Source: Epiperipatus broadwayi (lineage: Eukaryota; Animalia; Onychophora). Taken from it: DNA of 64,000 nt. This document shows, piece by piece, positions 1 through 11,082 of this stretch. The stretch covers positions 9,672,001-9,736,000 of the forward strand of contig JAQFVV010000009.1 of assembly GCA_028023455.1 (NCBI GenBank). Reading direction: 5' to 3'. The notes under the pieces were generated by a model. The model ran no database searches. It saw nothing but the letters and a program-made list of their open reading frames with translations, and was not told the origin of the DNA. The number at the start of each line of letters is the position of its first letter. Within the stretch, counting starts at the first letter, position 1. The translations under genes and the position numbers were made by a program.

Positions 1-345
1 AACAATTTAGAGATTTCAAACCACTTAACAAAATATATATTGAAAAGAAGAAGAAATGATCAAGAACAAACAAATATAATTGCCATCACAGAAATAATTA
101 AGAGATTGAAATGGAATTGGACTGGTAATATTGTTAAAAAAGCTTATGATAATAGTGCAATGGAAGACTTAAACAAGATACCAAAAGATTGTTAAAAACA
201 TAGAAAACAACACGTGAAATGGATGGATAAAGTAAGGAAGTTTGTTGTTATGATATGGAAAAAAGAATTATGAATTAGAGAAACTGCGTTAAATTTGGAG
301 AAGCCTTATCCTGCAATAGATAAATAATGGTTCAAATTGATGATA
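1..345 (+). mobile_element. RTE-clade LINE, decayed 3' end
   Basis: Residual translation RTNIIAITEIIKRLKWNWTGNIV...GEALSC, ending in gatgataat. Homologous to the 3' end of the RTE copy at about 63000-63300. Confidence 0.75.
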
Positions 346-819
346 ATATATATTATAGCAATTTCCTCCTTGTACTTTTTTCTATCAAGATATCTTTTAA
401 TTTTTAAAAAACGAATTAATTATATTTTAAAACTTCTTTTTGGTAGCTAATCATTTGGAATATAATCAAAACAGCTTGGGGAAAAAATACAATAATTTTT
501 ATCTGAAAAGAAATGGAAAATTTCTAGCTACTTCAGAAATGAATTATTTATCATCTATAAAATTTACTTTTGATTCCTTGCTACTCTTATAATACTAAGT
601 GAAAATTAAACAATTCATAATAGCACAATCTATCTATTACATTTCCTCAAATTTAATATTATACATTTGTAAATTTATTCACCTCATTTTAAAATTGAAT
701 AAATATCCACAAAAAACATAAGGATTAAAAACTATCAAGAATGATGGGCAAAAAGAACTTTAAAAAATATCAAACTATCTAAATGTATGAAAAACAAAAC
801 AAAAAACAAGCTCATACAA

Positions 820-2140
820 CTGAAGTTTAATCCAATCAAATCCTTCTGGTTGCACTGGGAGGAGAGTTTCATCTAAATTCCTTGCAGAACCATAGGATTT
901 CCTCGGCTTCATTATCTTCAAGTCCCAGATAGCAATGTCTAAACAGCTTCAGAGATCTATTATTAATTCCACAAGTCGAATCATACAGATGCTATCTAAA
1001 GTTTACCTTTCCATTCAAGGCAAGGTAGCGTTACTTAACATGAAAGTTATGTCGAAGATCACCTACTTCCTGCCAATTATGACAGTTACCAAAGCTTTCA
1101 CAAAAATGATAAACAGTCTTTGCGCCAAACTATTCTGGAAAGGTGGTTATAACATCTGTAAGCATGACCAAAATGCAGTACCACCGAAAGTCAAATGGAA
1201 TGCCTTTCCACTCCATTCCATCCATTTTCTATCAAAAAGCATACACGCTCATTCACAATCTAATCCAAAAATATGGTACCACTTAAATTTCTGAAACCGT
1301 TCCACCACTGATAGACCACCACCTCATACAAAATGCTGGATAGACCAAATCCTCCAACTGCTTAATCAACACATAAGCTCTTCACAATGTCCATTCAAAA
1401 CAAAAATTTCTATCTGGGAAGCCCACAAGGCAATTTACCCAGAAATAATCACATTTAAGCCCTTGCTTGGCATTACTAACTACAAAATAATTACACTTTT
1501 CAAATTCTTATCCCTAGAGTCGAAATTTCTAAACTATCTTATCAAAGTTAATCTTGGGGCCATGCACACAAACTGGTTCCTTCATAATAAGAGATTTTTC
1601 AACAATATAGACCCCATCTGCCCAAGTTACTTAAAACATGATGAGACTGTCGATCATATCATCAATTCATGCACTGGACTTGGCAACATCAAATCAACAA
1701 TTTATCAAAACTCAAAAATAGACTTTTATAAGATTCTATCACTGAAAATTTGCACGCAGAGCAGACATTTCCCAATAATCAGAATGTCAATCTTTCTAAT
1801 TCACATAAACTGGATTGTTAGATGTAAAAGACAATTTACAATCCCTCCACCTGATCCAGATAATTTATTCATTAAATTCTTAAGGAAAATTCATGAAAAA
1901 GACAAGATCCCTTTATCCAAATTCCCATTTAAAGAAACATGGAGTTTTTTTCAAATCTCTATACTTCCCAAAGCCTGCCAAGTTACAGAGGATAATGAAA
2001 TATAGAGCACAGGACTTACATGGTTATGCAGAACTAACACATTAGCAGTGTTATATTAATCTATGTTCCAAATATGGATCTACCTACTAAACAATATTTA
2101 ATGTATTAATATCAAATATATTCCCTGAATAAAACTACTT
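820..2140 (+). mobile_element. L1/Tx1-like LINE, 5'-truncated and frameshifted ORF2 3' portion
   Basis: ORFs 935..1294 (LSIQGKVALLNMKVMSKITY...LFWKG) and 1463..2005 (zinc-knuckle-like CPSYLKHDETVDHIINSC, then WIVRCKRQF) are typical L1-group RT C-terminal segments. AATAAA lies near 2128. Confidence 0.75.
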
Positions 2141-3167
2141 TTGAAATTAAAACAAGCTCATAAATTATATAAATTTCAATGATTTACCAAACAATTAATT
2201 TCAAATTCTATTTTCTGCTTAAAACAAAACACATGCAGTATTTTTAATATCATATTTCATACTTTCATCATTTTCTAATCATAACTTAATATTATTTTTT
2301 TATAGCTTTAATCTTACTGATCAATTACAATTATTTACTATTTTTTCTACACTTAATATAACATCTAAGATCAAATCATGAACAAATATATAACTAGTTA
2401 CTCTTATTCAAATATAGTTAAAATCAGTCATAAAAAAAGGTATCAAATTTTGGCAGGGAGTTTAATTATCTCCTCACTTTCTTTTTATCTGTGTAAAAAC
2501 ATCAAAGGCATCTATTATTTATCTTTTCAACTAAATCAACAAATAGCTTAAAACACATCATGCTTTCACACCAGCAGCTTATAATCAAACTAATGATCCA
2601 GTATACTGTCAATATTTACATTAATGGAGGCAGTGAAAGAGAGCTGTTATCAATAACTATTAAAATAATTTGATAATATTGATAACAGTACATACTTTGA
2701 ACATTGATTACTTGAATTGTAATCATTTCACTATTGATTATCTGACTCTTCTTCACCAAACAAAATTATTACATCTATTCTTAGTGCACTGGTTATGCTG
2801 AAATATTCCTGAAGATTAATATATTTGCTTTGAATATTTCAAAACTGGATGCAATATCATATGTAACAATTAAGTCCAAAACAAATATAATATTCAGAGT
2901 ATATTCAAAATATTTTGGTATTAAGCACAATTTTTTCCTTAAATTAATTATTTTTTAAATTACAATAGTTCATATTTCAAAATATATTAGAAATATGTTG
3001 GGTATAATAATTTACTGTAAGTTTAATTATATTTTGGGTACTCTCAAGTATGTTTCTATATGAACTATTTGATTAACCAGATAAAATTTGGTCCATAATT
3101 ACTTTAGGTAGTCAATGTTCTACTATAAAAATAATTACAAACATACAATTAAAAAAAATAATTTTAC

Positions 3168-3833
3168 CTGTGAAGTTACTTTTGAAAGGATTTCTGCTGA
3201 TGTACGATTTCGTTCCAACATTGCAGGAGTCAGAATAGTTGCAGCAGCTGATAGGCTGATGCCAGAAGTTGGACTAGAAAATTTTGTTGTTGACACTTTA
3301 TCTAGTAATGAATTGAGATTAGTGTCACTGATTTTAGAAGACTGATATGCATTCAAAGTAGAATCTGGGAAAGTAGTAAAATTAGGCAAACTTGTTCCAA
3401 AAGCTTGTAATGATGAGTGCATCGGGAATAAATTCAATTTCTGATGTAAATCACTATCTACAGAATTTACAGGTTCAGCTGCATTAGAAGGTTTTAATGA
3501 AATACTCTTATGATGTTTCCCAATATTTTTAACATGATTGGAAGGATGAGAGAGTAACCTTTGTAAATCAGGAGGAAGACGGTTATTCTCTGTGCTTGTT
3601 TCATTGATAGATTGAGATCGAAGCAGTGGTGGTGGGATATGTGGTGAGGTTTCCTGAGCATTGGATTCACTAGCTTGAGCAAACAAAGAAGCTAGGTTTA
3701 CATCACTTTCTCCTTTACTTACTCTTAGAGGAGTGGGTTTAATCAAATCTGTGACAGTGGTAGCACCGGCATTAGGATAGTGGATCATAGGTTTAGGCTC
3801 AGCTTTCTTAGGAGTTATCTTTAATCCTTTATT
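3168..3833 (-). CDS. DCP1: DCP1 large Ser/Pro-rich coding exon, 666 nt (222 codons)
   Basis: Acceptor attttag|, donor cag|gtaaaa, phase 0 at both ends. Open frame NKGLKITPKKAEPKPMIHYP...NLASLFAQA...LPPDLQRLLSHPSNHVKNIGKH...SAEILSKVTSQ. Includes the supplied ORF 3135..3788 and motifs resembling arthropod Dcp1. Confidence 0.88.
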
Positions 3834-4689
3834 CTAAAATAATAATAAAAAAATAATGATAGAGAAAAACTGTATATAATTTAAATTATTAATATGCTTT
3901 TTAATTAGCTAATAATTAAATTAAGATTCTTTTAGATATTGCTCAAATTGCTAATTCACAAAATATAAACAATGAAAAACAAGAATCGAGAATTAGTCTT
4001 AGTTTCAGTGAAATCTCATTATTGGCAAAGCCCCTCTAATCTACTTCACCACCAATTTCATAAATTGAAAAGCTAGTTGTTTTATATAAATTTATTTGAT
4101 TGTGTTATATATACAAACTGGTTTTACGCTAAAATTTTTTTTACTTATTTTTAATTGAAACAAAAATCATAACAATTAAATATATATATCTAAGGACTAA
4201 AGTGGCTGAATAAAAGAGTTTCCTATTAATTGCAGATAATGTTTTTGATTCCACTTTGAGACCTTAAATGAAACATACAGGGCCAAACTTTTAAATATTC
4301 ATACCAATATATTCTTATCACTGCAATTGCTATCACTGTGTGATTATTCATATGGTAAATAAATATGGACAGGATATATATTGGTCAATGTGGTAAATTT
4401 ACCATTGCGCTTTTCCTTCATATTTGCCTGATAGTTCTTAACAAAAATATCAGTCGAGAATTGTTGAAACCAGGATGAATATGTGATTGTGGATATAAAT
4501 GATCACTCTTTTTGATATTTACAGTCATAAAAAAACAAAACTAAATTAATGACCCTCATTCAGGAGTGCTAAAAATCTGATTGTAAACCCATGCTGGCAT
4601 TCAGTGAGATAATCTTCATTTTAGCAGAGATTTTCAAGTGCATGAATTGAAAGAACTGTATCTAATACTAATATTAATTGGGATGCTTT

Positions 4690-5280
4690 TAGTTTTGTAA
4701 GTTAGAAAATGAAAAGACAAGAAAAGTGAACATATTCTTCACTACAAAATTACAAATATTGAAATCATAACTAGACTTGAAATCATTACAAATAAAAAAT
4801 GAAAACATAACAGAAAGTGGCATGATTATTTATTGAACTTAACAGAGGATATCAAATGCAAATAATTCACTTATATACTCCCAAGTTCTCATTATGATAT
4901 ATTTTATATAGATATACAAAATGCTTTTGATCATAATAAACAAACATTTAAGAATTGTCAAGGGAGACTTTAATGTTAAAATTGAAAAATCATTATAGGA
5001 TGAAATCTCTATGGTATAAGTTTGATTATGTCAGAAAGAAATGAAAAGAAATATAGACTTGTGGAATTTGCAGAAGAAAAAAAAAAGCAAAACTAGAGCA
5101 ATGGAAACTATTAGGCAATACAGTATTAAAAGCTGATACTCTTAATTTTCAGAAACACTTCAATGAATTTAAATTAGAACTTATAAATCTTTAAAAATAT
5201 TAACAGCTTTGAAGATGGTTAACACTTCAATGAGACCAAAAAAAAAAAGATAATTGATATTCTATTAAAAACTGTTATAC
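4690..5280 (+). mobile_element. RTE LINE endonuclease-region fragment, heavily decayed
   Basis: Contains the GDFNVKI motif (ggagactttaatgttaaaatt) and shows nucleotide similarity to 60850-61260. Confidence 0.55.
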
Positions 5281-5419
5281 AGACAGGTGCTACAAAAAAC
5301 TGAGACAAAAAAATGTATATGCATATGTATATTTACTTATTTAATATATGCATTTTTTTGACAGCTTAATTATTAATAAAATATCATTAAGAAACTTGGA
5401 GACATTCCAACCAGAAAAT

Positions 5420-6770
5420 AGGTTCACAAGTAACTGTATTACACCCATCAATTCTCCCATTATAACCATAGATTATGCAGTTTTTAATTATGTGAATCAT
5501 AATTAGGGTTTGAACATATTTGCATAGACTAATGGCAGATAAATTCCATTTATGAAGCAAATGAGCAAAATGATCATGGATTATCCTGACTCAATTGATG
5601 AGACTTTAAATGCATCTAGAAAGATCAAATAGAACTGGTTTTATTGCTAGATATGAAAAAAAAAAATCAGTTTGAAACAGCATAAAAATTTCATTTATTA
5701 TGTCATAATTTTTAATTGTAAATTCTTTGTTGAATATCCAAAAAGGGAATCTTGATTTGAGATATATAGTAGATGATGAATTTCTAAGTCATTTCTGCTT
5801 TACAATTTTGATGGGAATATTTAAATGAATATCCAGAAATTCAATATGGAAGTTTTTCTGCAATCAGGGACACAATATTCACCAGAAGAATATGTAATGC
5901 TAAAAAAGCTGTCTGTGAAGTATTTCCATCACAATTTGAGATAGTGCCAATTAGTTTTCAAAGAAGGTTATTCCTAAAAATTAATATTTATCTAACCCGT
6001 AGCTAAATGAGGGAATGCTATGACCTAAGGTTATTCCTAAATAGGATTGTGTTTCAGTCTATTATTGAAAAATTCAGATTATGAGATGATCTCTTGTTTA
6101 GATAAAAACTTGAGCATAATTCTTTATTGAATTAGGACTAAGATCCCAATCTTTAAAAAAGATTTCAATCTTTTCTTTCAAGAAATGATATCTTTGGAGA
6201 AGTCAAAGTACTATCATCACGTAAATGAATTTTCTGAATTCTATTTTGGGAAAATCATCAATATATTACATAAAGTGATAAAATTTAACCCTGAGGAAAA
6301 CCATTATGTAAAATTTTGTATCTACTATGAATTTTCCTATAGAAGAGACTTTTGAGAAGAAAATTAATGACTTTCTTGCATGTAAGAATTTTAAAACTTT
6401 TAAAAGTTAATTTTTACAAGCAGAATCATAAGCTAAGGTTAAATCAATAAAGATCACATCAGTTTCTGCAACTTTATTTTGAAAATCTCTTTCAACCATG
6501 TTAAAGATAAAACTTGTTCAAGCAGCTTCTTCCTAGTCAAAATCCAGTCAATGAAATGTTTGCTTTCAAAAAGCTTGTAGGAAACCTATAATAATAATGC
6601 AAGTAATAATTTTTTTCGATCATTGATAATTTGTTTGGTTTTAAAACTGCTATAATTTTGCTTTTATGCCAAATGCCAAGAGGTCAGCGTAGCTGCTTTG
6701 CAAGCAAGCAGTTGCTTGCAGACAGTTGTCGCGGATTCACTTCCTGGCCGATCCTTTGACATATGGGAAA
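5420..6770 (-). mobile_element. Ingi/Vingi-like (I-group) LINE remnant, RT and C-terminal region
   Basis: Minus-strand motifs occur in order: WHKSKIIAVLKPNK, GF*LGRSC, FIDLTLAYDS, NGFPQG*ILS, FIY.DD, YSSGEYCVP. Many stops and frameshifts; clade assignment is from memory of motif style. Confidence 0.7.
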
Positions 6771-7416
6771 AAAAAAAAATTTTGTATGAATAATTTTAGT
6801 GAATAGTTCTGCAAATCATGCAATGACTTTACATTACTTTTCTAGCAATATTCTAGAAGTAAGTTATGTGCTCCTGGGACTTTTCCTGGTTTAAAACAAT
6901 CAAGAGCAAGTTCAAATTCATCAATATTTACAAGTGTTATCTGATTAATATTAGTAAAACATTCTGCTCTAATAATATTTTTTCCTCATTTTATCAATCT
7001 TGAAATTAGAAATCTAAAACATAAGATTGGCAACCTCATTAGTAATAATAGTACTAGTTCTTTTAAAGATACTTTTATATCCACTAAGATGTTGTAAAAA
7101 TGACCAGACCTTAAGACTAGATTTTATAAAGTTTTGTTTTTTTCCATGGTCTCTCTTCATGCAGTACATTTGAATATTTAATTTATATAATAAATTAACT
7201 GATTTTTAACATACTAATATATATATAGTAAAATAAAAAAACATTTATTATAGAATGCTGAAAAAAAAAAGAAGAAAATGATAAAATAATTAAGAGAATC
7301 AATAGTTCAAACAATGGATTGTGTTTTGATTAAACTGTCCTAATGAGATGAAAAAAACATCTCTTCCAAAAATAATTTTGTATGTAATATATATATATAC
7401 ATATAAACCAAACAAA

Positions 7417-8960
7417 TGTGTATTAAAGATACTAATGTAAAATTTAAAGCGGCCATGATCATAAATAAATGGATCACCCAATACGCTATTAAATCATCAT
7501 TTGATTTTGTTGATAAATTGAAATATGTACATCCAGATCAACATACAGGAATGACTGCACTCGATGTAGCAAAGCTTTATGAATCTATTGATAGGCCTAA
7601 ATTGATTATTGTAGTTAGAGAAGCACTTATCAATTATGGAATGGACCTGGAACGTGTTAAATTTGTTGTAGCTTTGCTAGAATGGATGAATCGTAATATT
7701 TATGCAGTTTTCAATAATGAATGGTTTCATATGCTCAATGGGTGGCCGATGGGTCTCCCAATGAGTGGGATTATCGCCAGTCTTACGATGAATGCCTATG
7801 AATGGATCGTTTTGCCTAGATACATGAACAATGGATTAGTGATGTACGCCAGATATGTGGATATTTTTATTGCCGCTCCGGAGAAAATAATGGAGGATAT
7901 TAAAACTGACCTCACTACAGCATCAGGCCTTACTATAAATGTTAGTCATGCAGAAACACCAAACAGCATTAAATATTTGGACCTACAAGTAATGATGGAA
8001 GCAGACTGTTTTTATTATAAAATGAACATTAAGCCCATTCACATTAGAGGCCATATACATATTTCATCAAATACACCTGACATTCATAAATTTGCTGGCC
8101 TAAAATCATTTCTACATAGAAACGACTGTTTGTGTAGTTTTGAAAATGACAAGAGAAACAACATTGAAATCTACAGATATGAACTCATTAAGACCCAATA
8201 TAATCCTCGGATTATTGATAAGATAATCGAGAAATTCAAAGGAAGACATAATGAGATTGTTAAGTAAGATAAACCTCAGATTTTGTTTCCATATATCCGA
8301 AATATTTACAATAAAATGCGTATGATCTTTCGTTCGGAGTTTTGTGTATGTTTTAGGTCGCCCCCTAACTTGAATAAGTGTTTAAATAACACTAAAGATT
8401 TCATTCCTTCGATTCAAGCACAGCAGGCAGTCTACAAAATTGCATGTAGAGAAAACTACTGTCAGGCCGCATATTATGAAGAAACGAAAGCATCCGTCCA
8501 TGTTACATTATCCCAACATGTATATTCATATAATAGAGCTTTAGCTGATTCATCCCACCCATCAATTTTTGTACAACATGCAATTGCTGCGGGTCATGCG
8601 TGCAGACCAGATGAACCTAAAGTATTATGTAGGGAGCGAAGTGATCTGAGAAGGAAAATTAAAGAGGCGTTTTTTATCATTTCGGATAAGCATGCATTAA
8701 ATAAGAGGGAGTCTTTTTACGCTTTATCAAAGAAATGGCGTGCTGAGGCGCTTTGAGCCTTACTTGCAAATTCATTTGATTCATTTCATATATTTGCATA
8801 TCAGTATATTGTTGGAGATTATAAGAAATTTTGTAGTCCTTGATAATGAAGGGTGAAAAACGTTCGGAGAAATAATAATTTGTTGATATTTATCTCTATA
8901 TCATATTTTGTTTTCTGAATTATAATTTGTAATTAATGTGTGTATGGTTTATTCTATCAG
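7417..8960 (+). mobile_element. Penelope-like retroelement (RT plus C-terminal GIY-YIG endonuclease), 5'-truncated
   Basis: ORF 7416..8267 has RT motifs (ALDVAKLYESI, GWPMGLPMSG, RYVD-IF, KYLDL). ORF 8283..8756 is in the same frame after one TAA and has AVYKIACxxxxC..YYEET, QH...GH and R...KEAFFI, the GIY-YIG with CCHH pattern of Penelope/Poseidon-type elements. Confidence 0.9.
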
Positions 8961-9023
8961 ATTTTGTATGTAATGTGTATACATATAAACAAATAAATCA
9001 ACTTTTATTAGATTCAATAATGA

Positions 9024-10660
9024 CTATGAAATACTTCCTTTTACGGATATAATTTTAAAACTGTTCAACCTACGTTGGAAAAAATATATCAAAATTGGCC
9101 ATAATATCTGAAACAAATGCACTGAACAGATCAAAATGGCTGTGAATTTTGCAATTATATCTGCGGCTGAAGGATCTTGACTTACTAGTGAGTAACATGG
9201 CATAAACATTGTATGTGTGTGTGCAAGATTGAATTAATTCAATAAAATGTTACAAAACCTTAATAATATTTCCATTTATAAATTAAAGACAAAAAGGAAG
9301 TACTTTTAAAATATGTCACTATTTTGATTTTATATAAATGATAAAGACTACAATAATAATGGTTGATTATTTCATCTATTTTTATAATAATACACTTTGA
9401 TTATTAAAATGAATATAAAGATTTTTCTCCAAAATTCTCACAATAGCTAAAACTTATTTATTAAAATGTTAACAATTTTATTTATTAATCTGACATGAAA
9501 AGATTATTTTCAAAGTTTATTTCAAGATTACATACAAAACAATCTTTATTATTATAACAAACACAATCACATTTAACCATACTAAAAAAATCTTTGTTTA
9601 TTATGGTAAATCGCTTTTAAGAGTATGGACAATTTTTTTTAAAAAGATTTACAAAATATTAAATTATAATGAAGAGCTTCAGAAATGTTTGTTATGTAAT
9701 AATTAAAAAAGTTGTAGATCTATAGTATTTTTAAGCAATTTGAATGATGAATTCAAAGAGAATGATGTTTTATAATAGTATAACTGCCAATATGGTATTT
9801 ATAAATCTGTCCAAGCAAACACAAACATAATCATTTTTTTTTTAATATAACATTTGTTAATAAATTATCTTTCTTATTGGATTTGATGCTCATTCTATTA
9901 TTTCTACGATTCAAAGCCACAATTTCCCTGAACAACTAACTATTCAATAATTACTATTACTTATTTACAATCATAGATCAATGACTTTCTGAGCAATAAA
10001 CCATTTGATTATTTTTTCTTGCATAGTTTAGTAAAATGATAAATCAAAGAATTAAAAATATCTGGATGGCGATTTAACTCTATTATTTCAGATGCTCAAA
10101 TATCCCATGACTTCAAAAACATTTGGTATATAAGATAAATGTCCATACATTTATATTATTAATATTATATAAAATAATAAAAATTTATTATGAAAAGTCA
10201 ATTTCTCACAGTATTTCTTAAAAAATTCAAGTAATCTATCAAAAATATAAGAACACATAGGTAAAACATTATTATTAGCGATTTTATTTCATAAATATAT
10301 TTGTTTCTTAGAAATAGCCTTGTTTGCATAGTATAACCTTTTTACAATTATTAAATGATATGCATTTCAGTTTTCTTGTGAAAATAGTCATTTGATAATG
10401 ATTTAGGTGAATGTAGATGATGATTATGCATTTGGATATATTTGGAGTTCAAAAATTTCGAAACTATGAGTATCATATACAGTGTAACAAACTTTGGCGT
10501 TTAATAAAAGTAATGGTGGTCTTAATTGGTAAACAGAAAGCACTTCGATAATAACTACATTAATTTTGAAAATTTTGTGATAAACTGCAATCATTATACA
10601 AGCAAAAATTATTGTTAAAATTATTCTCAAAAAGTGCACGATGAAAAAAAACCACATCAA
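9024..10660 (-). pseudogene. Decayed intronless ORF of a membrane protein with two terminal hydrophobic segments (DEG/ENaC-like?)
   Basis: N-terminal hydrophobic ORF 10424..10660, C-terminal hydrophobic ORF 9024..9209, and Cys-containing coding-like remnants between them (QGNCGF, KCDCVC) with many stops. Confidence 0.35.
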
Positions 10661-10913
10661 TAATAATATATTAAATATTTTATTGCTGATTATAATTATT
10701 TATATATAAGTTTCTACGCAGAAGATAAAGAATTGGACTTACTCATTTAATTTAATATTAATTCTAATTTATGAATCAAACTAAATTAAATCACACATAT
10801 AATCAAAATGTAATGATCTATTCTGAATAAATATATAAAGGAATAAAGATAACGTGTTAAGTTGGCTTTGAAACAAATAAATAATTTCCAATTAAATGTC
10901 AATTCCGTCTTAC

Positions 10914-11082
10914 CATATTATATTCTACTTGAGCTTTGGATAACATTTGAATGATATCCACTAAAGGTTTATCAGTAGAATCGTTGACGGCCATCATCTT
11001 GTCGCTCTCAGATGCTCTCCTCTGCCTCTGAATACCGCTGTGATCCTTTCTTTCACTCCCTGCTGATGCCCACTGAGTCAGG
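10914..11082 (-). CDS. DCP1: DCP1 internal coding exon (post-EVH1 linker), 169 nt
   Basis: Acceptor ttttttcttag| and donor |gtaag. Translates LTQWASAGSERKDHSGIQRQRRASESDKMMAVNDSTDKPLVDIIQMLSKAQVEYNM; DIIQMLSKAQxEY matches the conserved metazoan Dcp1 helix (DIL.MLS.A..EY). Confidence 0.92.

Noticed and set aside
2570-2810. Next DCP1 exon downstream of the 666-nt exon
   Set aside because: The candidate acceptor near 2810 leads to an early stop, and no trimerisation-domain motif is present.
6670-6765. H/ACA or C/D snoRNA in the GC-rich structured segment
   Set aside because: The ACA is on the strand antisense to the host gene and the H box is imperfect (agacag). On the sense strand a D-like CTGA is present but there is no C box.
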